Shown here piece by piece: positions 12,901 through 24,500 of a stretch of DNA of 64,000 nt. The notes beneath the pieces are model-generated. The model worked only from the letters and a program-made list of their open reading frames with translations, did no database searches and was not told the DNA's origin. The DNA is taken from assembly GCA_905178155.1 (NCBI GenBank), contig CAJINV010000003.1:11040339-11104338 (forward strand), written 5' to 3'. Within the stretch, counting starts at the first letter, position 1. Every line of letters starts with the position of its first letter. This stretch comes from Amoebophrya sp. A120 (lineage: Eukaryota; Protista; Dinoflagellata). Made by a program: the position numbers and the translations under genes.

Positions 12901-15900
12901 TCCCCGTATGCGTCAGTGGTACAAGCAAATTTTCCAGGTGGCAGCTGCGACGCCGACGATTGCAGATGCTTTCGTAACGTTGACCGAATCGATGAAATCG
13001 AATATCATGATCCCCGCCGAGAACAATGCTTCATCGTGTGTTGCAGGCAAAGGTGGACGAGACAGCCACATCACGGGGGACGGAGATGAAAAGTGCCTCG
13101 TAGATGCTGGCAACAGAAGCTCTGCGGCAGAGAAGGTGCTCCTTTCACTGAAACCCCTTACGCTGACAGCCACGAACTGCGCGAGCACTGTCGGGGGCTC
13201 GATTCAATTACTGGAACAGAAAGCACCCTTTCGCACCTCCAAAATTTTTGTGTCTGAGCGGCAGATCGTGCTGGCCACTACGGAAGGGAACGACCAGGAG
13301 GACGCGCTGGCTGGAACAGGCAGCGGAGTGCAAGGCGGCAACATGATCCGAGTAATTTTCAGACTTACAATTCAGCAAGTCGACAACGTTTCAGCTTTTG
13401 CCGTCGCCTTTCCAGGTCATTTTAACCACGAGAAACAATCAGACCGTCAAAAAAAGCTGGTCGCTTCGAGCATTGAGGTCTGTTTTGCAGAGCAAGGGTT
13501 AGAGTCAGAGACTGTCACCCCCTCCGTGGCTTGTCTACGCACCACAAGCACCGCCGACTCTGTTCCGGGCGCAGGCCATTTGAGGTTGCACGTTTGCCGG
13601 GTGGTGAAACTGAAAACGCAAGGTGATAGCAGGTCCTCCTCGGCCGGTGATACTTGGGAAATTTGTGATCCCGATCGACTACGGCAAGCGCGATGGCAGC
13701 AAGGCCCGTTACGTAACGTTTTTGCACGCCCGTTTGTTACGGTTGCGGCGGAACCTTTTTTGCGCCAGTCCGTCTACCTGGCTGGACTGCACTATGCTGC
13801 GGCGGACACTCGCTCGCCTGTGGTTCTGGACAGCATGCACAGCACAATTGAGACAGCGCTCGATGTTGGGGGGCATCCGCATCAAAACATCGTGCTCGTC
13901 GGAGGTCCCAACGTAAATCAAGCTGCGGCAGCCTTGTGGAGCCGCCATCGGCACCTCAAGGGTTTGCTCTCGTTCACGTTTGACGAGCGACACAGATTCT
14001 TGGAAACTTATCCGGCTGAAAAAAACTATCACTATCACAAAAAGCCACTTTTTGGCAAAAATTGATTTTTTTTTGATTTTTTTTGCGGCGCATTGGGGCT
14101 CGATCCTTGTGCCTGGTATATTGTTATTGTTGTTGCGATTAATGAGTGATATAGTTAGCTAGCTAGTGGTCGCTTGTGATGATTGTCATAGCTAACAGGA
14201 GAGCCGAATGGAAGGCCGGGCCGGGCCCTCGCTCCGAAGGCGAGCTCCCGAACCCTTGGTGGTGCCCCGGCCTTGGCGGGTCGGTCCCTTCCGGCCCGGG
14301 GCGGGAGGCGGCCAAAAGGTGCGCGGCGATCGCCACTCTCCCACCGTGTTTGAAAAATACTATCACGCCACTTTCTGGACCTGATTCCCAGCTTTCAGAC
14401 CTGGGCTGATTTGATGCTCCGGCGGTGGCGGGTGAGCTGCCTTCCGTTCCGAGGCTAGAGGCGGCCAAAAAGTGAGGCTCGATCGCCAGTCTCAGCTCGT
14501 GTTTGAAAAACACTATCACTCCACTTTTTGGATCTGGCTGCCGACAGCCAGTCCTCCCCGGATTTTTTTGGTTTTCAACACTGCGCGCGCAAATTTTTTC
14601 AAGAAATTCAAAAACCCGGAAATTCGATCATTTTGGCTGTGATAGTGTTTTTTCTGGCGGTGGTCCTATGTGGGCCGTGCCGCCGTGTTTGAAAAACACT
14701 ATCACACTTTTTTCCGGCACTCAAAAAATACCAACTTCACACCTTTTTTCACTTTTTCTATATCAAATCGCTCAAAAGTGTAGTGTGATAGTGTTTTTAA
14801 GCGCGAGCTAATGCTGCGAAAACACCGAAAATCAGCTCTTTTTAAAAATGCAAATTACGATGCTACGGCCCGGGTCAAAAAGGGACCCAAAATCGCCGTA
14901 GCGCCGTGGCTGAAAAACACTATCACACACAAAAAAGCGCCATTTTTGACCTCCCCGGAGAAGAAAAATCAATGTGATTTCAAAGTGTGAGCACCAAAAA
15001 AATTAGTGCTTGCGCCATCACCAATTTCTGCCGGAGGTTGTGGCCTTTGGCCTAGCCCCCGGGGGCTCCGGATGTCAGACCTGGCCTTCGAGCCCCCAGA
15101 TCCATCTGGGAGCAGGTCTGAGAAACGAGCCATAGAAAAGTCGCTCTTTATCCACCAAACCCACCAATTCCAGACTCGTCGTTAACGAGCATGGTGGAGA
15201 CACGCTTCCGCGCCCTCATGGCGCTGGCCGACTGGGCCGCAACGAGTTTGCTCTCGTTCACGTTTGACGAGCGACGCAGATTCTTGGAAAGTAGGCACGC
15301 ATCTACAAAAGTTTTGCAGCGAAGTAGCGTAATCGTGGTCAACATGCCACCTACGCAAGAATGGATACATACTATGCAATCTTCACAGTTCTTTTTCGTC
15401 AAGACGAAGAAACAAAGCAACTGCGCGAATCTGTGACTGTCAAGCTAAGTGAAGCCAAGATCATACCAGGCTTTTACGGGCACATCCGTGAAAGATATTC
15501 AGTGGCTTTCTTCTCCTGGCGCGGTTTTGCCCGTGCTTGCATTTGCAGTTTCGATTTGTACGAATTTTTACGCAAGGCAATGCTGATACTTTTGTAAAGG
15601 ATAGTAGCAGGACCGAAATCAGATTTCAGGAGAAATACAGCTTTCCGGCAAGCCGGAGCATCGGGCTTCTCTTATGGTTCCCGTATCCAATTGGCGACCC
15701 AGATGGTAGAGGAACCGATGCATTTCATCGACTTAGCGAGGACTCCACAATCCCCGTTGACGCGGAGGAGGAGATGGAGAGCGAGCGCAAAGTCTTGCTG
15801 ATATGTGGCACAGACGCCGAAGGACTGCGCGCGGCAACGCGGCTTGGGCAGCCAACAATTCCGCCAATGATGCGCGCGCCCTTCACGAACCAAGTGCCAG

Positions 15901-16025
15901 ACTATATCGTAGTGGACGCTCATGAGCTACGAGCGAAAGGCGCCGGCGGTATTTTGCTGGCTGGATTCTGGAACCGCACGAACGAAGCAAACTTCGTTCG
16001 CACAGATTTCATGCATGAACACTGA
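9977..16025 (+). CDS. Secreted alpha/beta-hydrolase, peptidase S9/esterase-like; exons about 9977-10117, 10457-14007 and 15590-16025
   Basis: Signal-like N-terminus MSFFLQLLQALLFVV; WKFLGPWPVGKNELD|ADP; PVLLSLHGTG; nucleophile elbow YSGHSMGGHGAL; HWWW; C-terminal GGILLAGFW. Removing the IR introns joins the pieces in frame. Confidence 0.8.
10118..10453. mobile_element. IR intron (introner), 336 bp
   Basis: About 40-bp TIR GTATGGATGTGTCAGGTTTGAAATCGTCAAAGTTGAAATG / CATTTCAACTTTGTCGATTTCAACTCTGACGCATCCATAG; TSD GAT; restores NELD-ADP. Confidence 0.9.
13962..15290 (+). repeat. 45-bp direct repeat of exon sequence (13962-14006 and 15246-15290)
   Basis: GTTTGCTCTCGTTCACGTTTGACGAGCGAC(A/G)CAGATTCTTGGAAA, 1 mismatch. 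Confidence 0.9.
14008..15589. mobile_element. Large composite intron containing a DNA-transposon remnant with subterminal AAAAACACTATCAC repeats
   Basis: Termini TTATCC...TGATAC; about 7 copies of AAAAA(C/T)ACTATCAC in both orientations at 14020-14930; removal joins FLET to FVKDSSR in frame. Confidence 0.6.
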
Positions 16026-17197
16026 TTCTCATTTTCTTTTCTTTATGCTTTCAGTGTACACGTTGAACCGCTCACATAGCCTGCGTCACATTCACTATCA
16101 CTATCATTACTTCTCCCTCAAAATAAAAAGATGCAACGGCACCCCACAACAAGAATAGTGCTCTTGATGAAAAAAATAGAGTCGTTGTTGATGAAATGAA
16201 AATATGACGATTTGAATTTGCAAGCAGGCTGATCGATAGCTAATGTCTGCGCGAACTGCTTACCGTGTAGAATTCTAGCGCTGTGCCGAAGTCGAGTAGT
16301 TAAATTGCCTAGCATGGTACTCTAATACTCCAAATAAAGGAACTAGCTTTTATCCGTGTGGCCGCCATTTTTGTAGACAAATGTCGTAGAGCTTTTCTGC
16401 AGCAAGGAGGACAGTAGACTCTGTAAAGCAAAAGCATCATCCAGGAGGAAGGTATGGCGCGGCTTGGCTGCTGCTGCTGGTGTAGTGCTATGGAAACGAA
16501 TGCAATGAAGGCACCCCATGTCCATAACCATATGCAGTGATAACGATGACGATAGCGTCGATATTGAAGTCAAACATAATGATGAGCCCCGACTGCATTC
16601 GCGCCATTCCTTGGCACTCACGTCTATCCTCGTCCTCGGTCATGCTCTAAATCCTGAGATTGGTTCATGTCGGTGACACGCAAAATGAAATGTTTCTGAG
16701 AAGATCTTTCTTCAGTCTATTAGTTCGTAAGAAGGAATACGAAGCAGCTGCGCCATCCCTCTGCCACAAGATGAAGATCGCTGTCGCAAATAACGATCTC
16801 TGAGTGCAATTTTAGGATGGAGTGGATGAATGAGAATGAGTCGAATATTTATGTGTATGCAAAAATGGTCTGGGTGGTTAGAAAGCCAGAAGGTACGGGT
16901 TGTACACATGAGATTCCCGCCGACTTTCCAGATTTTTATCTTCAGAGTGTTCCTGCAAACGCACAGTGTGCACCAAAAAGTCATACGTCTTTGAATATTG
17001 AGCGTCAGCATGCCATAAAAAGATTCGTATTTTTAAGGAATTCGAAACCATCATACCAACATGTTGTACCGGCGCTTTTGTTTGTTGCGCGGCTTCTGCC
17101 AAGTAAGTGAAAAAAACTAGCCGCAAACCGAAGCTTCTTTGCTACTCGCCTCCACGACTACCTGCAAAAGGGCGTTGTAAGTACTTCATCTGTTTTG

Positions 17198-19954
17198 ATG
17201 AGCGCAGGAGCTTCTAGCTTCCCTGCCGCGAAGGGTAGCCTGACGATCGGGTCCTTCTTGGAGCAGAGCCGCAGCCATGATTGGTCTACATCCACGTCGC
17301 CCTCACCAACAGGCGCCATTTCGTACCCATTGGCCTTCCTCGCGGGTGCGGGCTTCATGGCGGACGCCTATGACCTGTTTGTCATCGACCTGGTTATCGC
17401 CATCATCCAGAAAACCGGGGAGGACAGCAGTACCTCGAGTCAGGCCCCTGACAAGGAGAGTAAGGACATGCAGGCTAAGGGAGCCATTTCCTCGGCGTGC
17501 CTGTTCGCCGCCATCGTTGGCCAGCTGGGCTTCGGCTTCCTCGCCGACTGGTTCGGGCGCAAGATCCTGTTCGTTCTCACGTGCGTGCTGATCATGGTTG
17601 GGTGCGTCGGCCAGGCCAGCGCGGGCGCTTTCAACAGCCAGAGCGCATTGCTGCTGCAGATTCTGCTCTTCCGCATCCTGCTCGGAATCGGCATCGGTGG
17701 CGAGTTATCCTGTGCAAAAGTATCGCACTCGTATAAATGCAAGTCTTGCATTACAAATCTTGCTCTTAAGGTAAAACTGCATTACAAATTTTATTTCTCA
17801 TGCTGAGGAAATTTGTAATGCGTTGTTTATACGAGTGCGATACTTTTGCAATGCATACGAGTACCCGCTGGCGGCCACCGTCACCAGCGAGAAGGCCACG
17901 AAAACGGAGCGCAAGCGCACGCTGGCCGTCGTGTTTTCCATGCAAGGCTGGGGCCAGCTCCTGTCGGTCTTGGTAGTGTATGGTCTGCTGCAGGCCCAGG
18001 GCATGTCACTGTCGACCGCGTGGCGACTGTCGATCGCGGTTGGCTGTCTCCCCACGCTCATCGTGGTTTACTTCCGGGTTAAGATGACGGAAACTGAGCC
18101 GTTTCGGAGAAGCAGAAAGGAGGATGAGCAGCTTGAGGCCTTGATGTTGTTACGAGTGCAAAGAAGACATGTAGAGGTCGAGATGGGCGGGAGGAATATT
18201 TTTTGGAAGAGTGGGCTCCAGATCATGTCACCTTCCTCAGATCATCCTTAAGATCTTCGTTGCTGCTACCTTTTGTAGCATCGCTCTGTTACTCAGACCG
18301 ACGCAAGACAGGATCTTGCTACTTCACCTCCAAAATGTTGTAAGTACCTAGTGCATCATACTTGTGCAGGTGCACTTCCCATGATTACAAGTGTCTTGGC
18401 GGATGCATCAACTTGATGCCCTTGTCCATCATGTCCTTGTCCCTCATGTGCATTAGAGCACAAAAGAACCGCAACCGTTTGCAGTAGCTGAGGGGCTCTG
18501 CCCCCCATGCAAAGATGAACGCAGATCATCTTCGCACTTCTTACACGTACTTATACAGTATTCTAATTCTCCTGGGTCGTTTTTTTTTGCAGCTCAGCAG
18601 CGCAGTTCGAAACATTTCCCCCTCCTGCTCCCTCCTCGGTTTCTTTTCCTTTCCATACAGCACACACAAGTCAGCGTCGCCAACATCCGGAGAACACGAC
18701 GAGCAAGACGATTTACCAGACACTTTCACTTACGACCCCCCCGTGACAGGCACAGGCTCCGGAGGTGGTCCTCCTGCCGGAGCACTGACGTCAACGACCA
18801 GTGCCGGTGGGACAATACGGGGGCAAGAAGAAGGCGGCAAGGCACTCGCTGCTCTGTCCTCTCGTCACCAGTCCGCGTCGAATAAACGCCCTTCGTTTGG
18901 GAGGCAGTTGGCGAATCAGTGGAAAATCGCTCGCACCGCGGGACTATCAAATGTAAAAATGTCTGGGTCTGGAAGAATGCAGCAAGATTTGTCATGCATA
19001 TTTCAATTTCTCATGACCCATGATGCGTGTAATGCATGCCCTAGCATCACAAGTTTTTTGAGGGATTCTTGATGCCCATTCCGCATGACAAATGCCCTCT
19101 CCGCGTAGCAAAGATTAGACTCTGTTTGCTGCTCATGCAACGCAAATTTTTTAGACATCGAAACGCAGCATCACAAGTTGCATTCTTCCAGACCCAGACA
19201 CTTTTACATTTGATAGGGCCTCCTGCCGGTGCTGGTGGGAACCAGCGTCTCGTGGTTGCTGCTGGACGTAACGTTCTACGGCACGAATCTGTTCAAGACC
19301 GACATTGGGCAGCAGATTTTCCCCGACGACGAAGATGCCAGCGTACGGCACGCCCTGCAGCTGATGACGCTTCGGGCTTCCATCCTGGTGTTCGCCGGTC
19401 TGCCGGGCTACCTGGTCACGATCTTTTACGTCGACCACATTCCGCTCCAGAAGTTGCAGTTTTACGGGTTTGTCACCCTCGCTGTTCTCTTTCTGTGCGG
19501 AAGTCTTGCGCGGATCGGGGGCCAGGAGATACTCACCTTCGTTTTCATCAGCGCCACCGTCTTCTTTTCCAACTTCGGCCCCAACGCCACCACCTTCATC
19601 CTGCCCGCCCTGGTGTACCCAACGCCGGTGAAGGCCACCTGCCACGGCTTCTCCGCGGCCATGGGGAAGGCGGGGGCGGCCCTCGGGACGTACTTGTTTC
19701 CGACCATTGTCACGCACTTCGGGCTCGCCACGGTGCTACAGTGTTGCGCTGCCGTCGCTCTCGCCGGCGCGATCGTAACCCAGATATTCATCCCCGAGGA
19801 GGATGAAATTTCGAACGAGGAAATGCTTGTGTCGTCAGCCCCCGCTTCGGCTCTCCTAGAGCCGGAAAGTTTCATGGATCAACGAGCAGAAGTGGGTGGA
19901 GGTGGCAGAAATAAAGGCAAGACGCACGAGCACGAAAGAAGTAATCGAGCTTGA
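17198..19954 (+). CDS. MFS inorganic phosphate transporter, Pho84/PHT1 family; about 4 exons
   Basis: AGAGFMADAYDLF, GQLGFGFLADWFGRK, FRILLGIGIGGE|YPLAATVTSE, VFSMQGWG, SWLLLDVTFYG, FFSNFGPNATTFILPA..YPT..KATCHGFSAAMGKAGA. The middle intron (about 18146-18660) is not precisely placed. Confidence 0.92.
17705..17858. mobile_element. IR intron, family A, 154 bp
   Basis: TTATCCTGTGCAAAAGTATCGCACTCGTATAAA / TTTATACGAGTGCGATACTTTTGCAATGCATAC; TSD GAG; splits the conserved GGEYPL motif. Confidence 0.92.
18944..19216. mobile_element. IR intron, family B, 273 bp
   Basis: About 38-bp near-perfect TIR CTATCAAATGTAAAAATGTCTGGGTCTGGAAGAATGCA / TGCATTCTTCCAGACCCAGACACTTTTACATTTGATAG; flanks GGA/GGC. Confidence 0.9.
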
Positions 19955-21585
19955 CTACAGGAGAAGCAGTCCTGATGATGATGTAATCAAAACTGAAAGA
20001 TTGATCGTTTCTGATGTCCCCGAGGTTTGGCTGATTCTATTTTCCACTTTTTCCCCTCGTCGCCCGGTTAAATCTAAATGATGGTGGAACTACCACTGGG
20101 CCACAGGAAAAAAGAGACATACTATACTTATTTTGTTTTTGGTTATTTAGTTTGAGGGACATTACGACGAAACAGAAGACAGAAAGCTTTTTGCTGGCAA
20201 AAGTAGATGACGCAACAAGAGCTCCCGAATCATACATATGGGGAGCACCTTGGGAAAACTTACAACAACTCGACCTGAAAGTAATGCGCGCCGCATGTTC
20301 ATCAGCCTCAGCTTCGAGCTCGTCACTGGAAAAAGGTAGAATACGATCGATCAGTTCCTATAATCGGTTGCCACGAATTGCACTCTTTTGATTACGAAAA
20401 TCAGGAGGACTGCAGTAGATCTCCTTCGCCGTCCTGTTACTTTTCACTTTAGCTCAGTTTTCATGCCTCATAGTATCACTCGGTCATCGTTTTTTTTCAG
20501 CCACCATCCATACCATTTCACTTCGGAAGAAAAAAGGTTGCGCTCTTCGAACTTTTCCTGGTCATCGTGATCACATCTTCCGGTTTTTTGTCGTGATAGG
20601 GGTTACTTGATGCGTTTCGTGGTTAGTCTAGGTAGTAGTTTACCTAGAAGTAGAAGTACAAGCATAAGCAAGCACCAGGGTGTCGTCTTTTTGAGTTTAT
20701 CTGCTCATCTTTTCTTTTCTTTTGTTTGCCTTCAAATTCAGCTTCGTTTTTGAACCATTAAAACCTCGGCACCGAAATCGATGCGTAGGGTCGTGTATCT
20801 GCCAGTTGATGTAGCTTTGAGAATACAGAATGCCTCATGTGAAAAACCTCTCGTCCTCATCCAATGGCGCCACTATCACTTTGGGAGAGTTTTCTACCCT
20901 TGAAGATATACATATTAAGCAGAAGCAAAACCTGCATCAGCATCTCTGGACAAGAAATGAGAATGAGAAACCAGCAAATATCGCCAGAGTTCTAGTCGAC
21001 AGAGATGGAACCACGTCAAGTGACGCAATCAGCTCGTCGTCCTGGTGCGGGGGCTTCATCGATTATATAGACCTGCTGTGCGCCGCTACCAGGCAGTTCA
21101 TCTCAGTCGCAGCATGTAGAGCAACTTGTCATTGCTGGCATCGTTGTGGTCCATGTTTGGGGCCTCACGGCACCGAAAGTCGTTTCTTGCGAGACATCAG
21201 TATCACACACCGCCCATGCGCGCCAGGAGGCGTCGTGAATCCGAAGCGGTTCCTCGTCTTCGATGGGGAGGACGAGGAGCGAAGACACGCGCGACGAAGC
21301 CTGCCGAAACGTCCAGGAGCCGCAATCTGCTCTGCTCCTGCTTCACCTTACGGAGATTACAGAGGAAGGCAATCGCAAAAATCGGCCTCAGTTTACGCAC
21401 TTTGTTCCTCCTCAGGAGTGCCAGAGCATCAACCGCCGTCTATGCAGCTTATTTATATTTGCCCCGATCCGCACTTCGCGAGCCGAAGGGTTGGTGGTAC
21501 GGTAACGGTAACAGTATGTAGCAGGAGATCCCGAATAAAAAAGCGGGAGGTATTAACATCCTTCAGTGCTCCGCACGACCACGAG

Positions 21586-24500
21586 ATGACATCGACGGCA
21601 TGGGCGGAAAGCTGCGACAACGCGAGTTCGATTTTGGCGAGTCGCCGGGGAGGTAGACAGAATATGCAAATAACAACACCTTCTGCGGGCCCTTGCTCGG
21701 ACGCCAGTGGTGTGTCCTTGTCCCCAAGTTTGTTTGCTTCTTCTTCACGAGCACGACGTGGACAAGAACTGAGCTGTCTTTATTACCTTTCCGCGGCCAC
21801 TGTGTCGCTGGTGCTGATGCTCCTACTTATCGCTTGTTCCGACCACACGTTCGAGGGACGTACTAGGGGATCGCAAGCAACTGACTTTTTACCCGCAGTA
21901 GAGGCAACGGCTCTGCGAGGCACCCTGCACGCTCCCAGGAAAGAGCCCGAAACGCCGAGCGTCCCGAGCTGGTTCGACGTCAGCATGCAAAAGAAATTTC
22001 GGAAGCGCTTCGCAGATCCCCAAAAGCGGCGGAACACGGCACTGACGGGCAAGAATGTAGTCTGCGTTGAGGGACCCCACCGCTGGGCCAATGCGCAGGT
22101 ACTGGAGAGCATCTACATCAACGTGGTGCGACCTCTGGGGCCCGACACCGATGTCGTTGTGGTCGCGCCCGATGTCAACTATGCCCAAGAGCAGGACGGG
22201 CGGCACTTCAATACTGGCCGAAATCGTGTGGGGAAGGGGCGCACGTACCTCCAAGCCGAAGCTTTGGCGGAGTTTTACTTGCAAAAAAATCACTCCGCCT
22301 TTGAAGAAAACAGGAACTACCTCAATGAGGAACAGAAGCAAGATCAGGAAACCGCGGAAGCGAGCGAGCGGACCTCAGGAGCAGAGAAATCTCCTCGAGA
22401 AACAGCAGGAGCGGATCCGGGGGACAACCGCGACCAGGTATTGGCAAACACGATCGTGTATGAATTGCAAAAATGTCTGGGTCTGGAAGAATGCAACTTG
22501 TCATGCTGCATTTGGATTCCAGAAAAATCTGTATTGCATGAGTACCACAAGGAATGTAATTTTTGCTACGCGGAGAGGGCATTTGTCATGCGGAATAGGC
22601 ATCAAGAAGCTCTGAAAAAATCTGTGATGCTAGGGCGTGCAGCATCACAGACATCAGGGCCCATGCAAAACGTGCATGACAAGTGGTAGAATGTTCCAGA
22701 CCCAGACATTTTTACAGTTGATATCGTGCAAAGCGCCAACTTGCGTAGCGAGATCGAGCGCACGCACGAGTATGTGCGGGAGACGAAAGTTGGCACGCTA
22801 GAACAGCTATGCAATGCAAAAGTATCGTACTAGTATAAATTGCATCACAAATTTTTCAAGAAGAAAAATGGTGGAATTTGTAATGCTGATTTACCTAAAA
22901 AGGAATATTTGTCATGCATGATAGCAATTACTACGAGTACGATACTTTTGCACAGCATAACAACCGCACTTACACGCACTGAAGCACAGTCCCTGTCTGT
23001 ACAAGCGCATCTTCGGCAAGCACCTGATATCCCACAGGAAAGCACACCCATCGCCATCCAGGAGAGAACAACAGCAAGAATGTATGAATATTCTATATGA
23101 TGTGTGCTGCTCGTCTCGTCCTAGATTTTTGATACAACTAGAAATTGAAATGAAGCAACGCGGCGGGAATGAAGGATGTTGCTAGATCTGGAAATGCAGC
23201 AATGCGGAAACCGCAACAAAGGAGCAAATTTTCTGTTATGCAGCAGAATGCCCTTCCCCTTTCTTTGACTTTGTAGTGTCAGTGTCTGTGTTGCTCCTGG
23301 CGTTCCAGTAATTAGCGAGGTCGTACCAAACAAAATAAGCAGAGGCGGACATTAAACCAACTCGCGCACACAATTTTAGAAGTTTTCTTCTGGTTAGATG
23401 GGCGTGCTTTTTTTGGGCATACCTGAAGGCATTGGACATGCAGCAGGATGAGACGCGTCTAGAGCTGGTCAATGACTTCTCTCTATCCTGAGTGAAAATG
23501 TCACCACCCCAGGGTTGTCCTCGTCATGCCGATCTGCATTCAATAGCAATGCGGTGGAAACTACTCACATATAACATTTGCATATGCGCATCTGCAACAT
23601 GAGGCGAATTCCTAGGTGGCAGAGGAAATGCTGTCAATTAGCAGGATTAAGTAGATGGGTTCGTCGTGAAACTCCGGCTGCCCTCCTTTCTCTGAACCTA
23701 CTAGCCCTGCTCATCTACCGCGTGACCCCAAAAACTTCACGATTTGTTTTCTTGACTTTGGGGCGCGGCTGGGGCGACGCCTTTGCACGGGATCTTCTCT
23801 GGAGTGGTTTCGCGACAGCAACAGCGAGCAGCCCGGCTACCGGTTTGGCATGCACCTGATGGCGAGTAAGTGGAAGTGCCTGCTCGCGATGCGGCTGAAC
23901 AAGCTAAAGCTGAGCAGTTACGACTGGTTCGCCTACACCCGCAATGACGTGTTCTGGGCCTATCCTCACCCCCCACCCTATTTGCTGAACCACGAGAAGT
24001 GGATGCAGCCCGGCACCGGGTGGGGCGACGCGGGGGGAAAGTTCGACGTGCGACCGGTGGACATCTGGATTCCCGCATGCTTCGACTACGCTGGCATCAA
24101 TGACCGGCTCTACACCATCCGCCTGCTATCCTGTGCAAAACTATCGTACTCGTAGTAATTGCTATCATGACAAATATCCCTTTTTAGGCAAATCAGCATT
24201 TACAAATTCCATTTTTCTTCTTGAAAAAATTTGTGATGCAATTTATACTAGTACGCTACTTTTGCACAGCATACCTGCGCCCCGGCGGCGATTTTCAGTG
24301 GACCACCGCGGCGGAGAAGAAAAAGAAGATCCGGGAGCAAATCCGTAAGGCCAAGAAGGTGTTCTTCCGCTTCACGCGCGCTGTGTACGCGCGGCCGGGA
24401 GGGATGCCCATGGTCCGCGCCGACGCGCTGCCACCGCCGAATGCGAGCGACCCCACCGACGTCAGCTGGCGCTTTCTCAAAGGGTTTGAGGGCGGCATAG

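Noticed and set aside
14340-14930. AAAAACACTATCAC repeats as a CRISPR array
   Set aside because: Irregular spacing, mixed orientation and a short unit fit transposon subterminal repeats better.
16817-17110. 97-aa ORF upstream of the phosphate transporter
   Set aside because: No recognisable motif or gene structure; cannot be supported.
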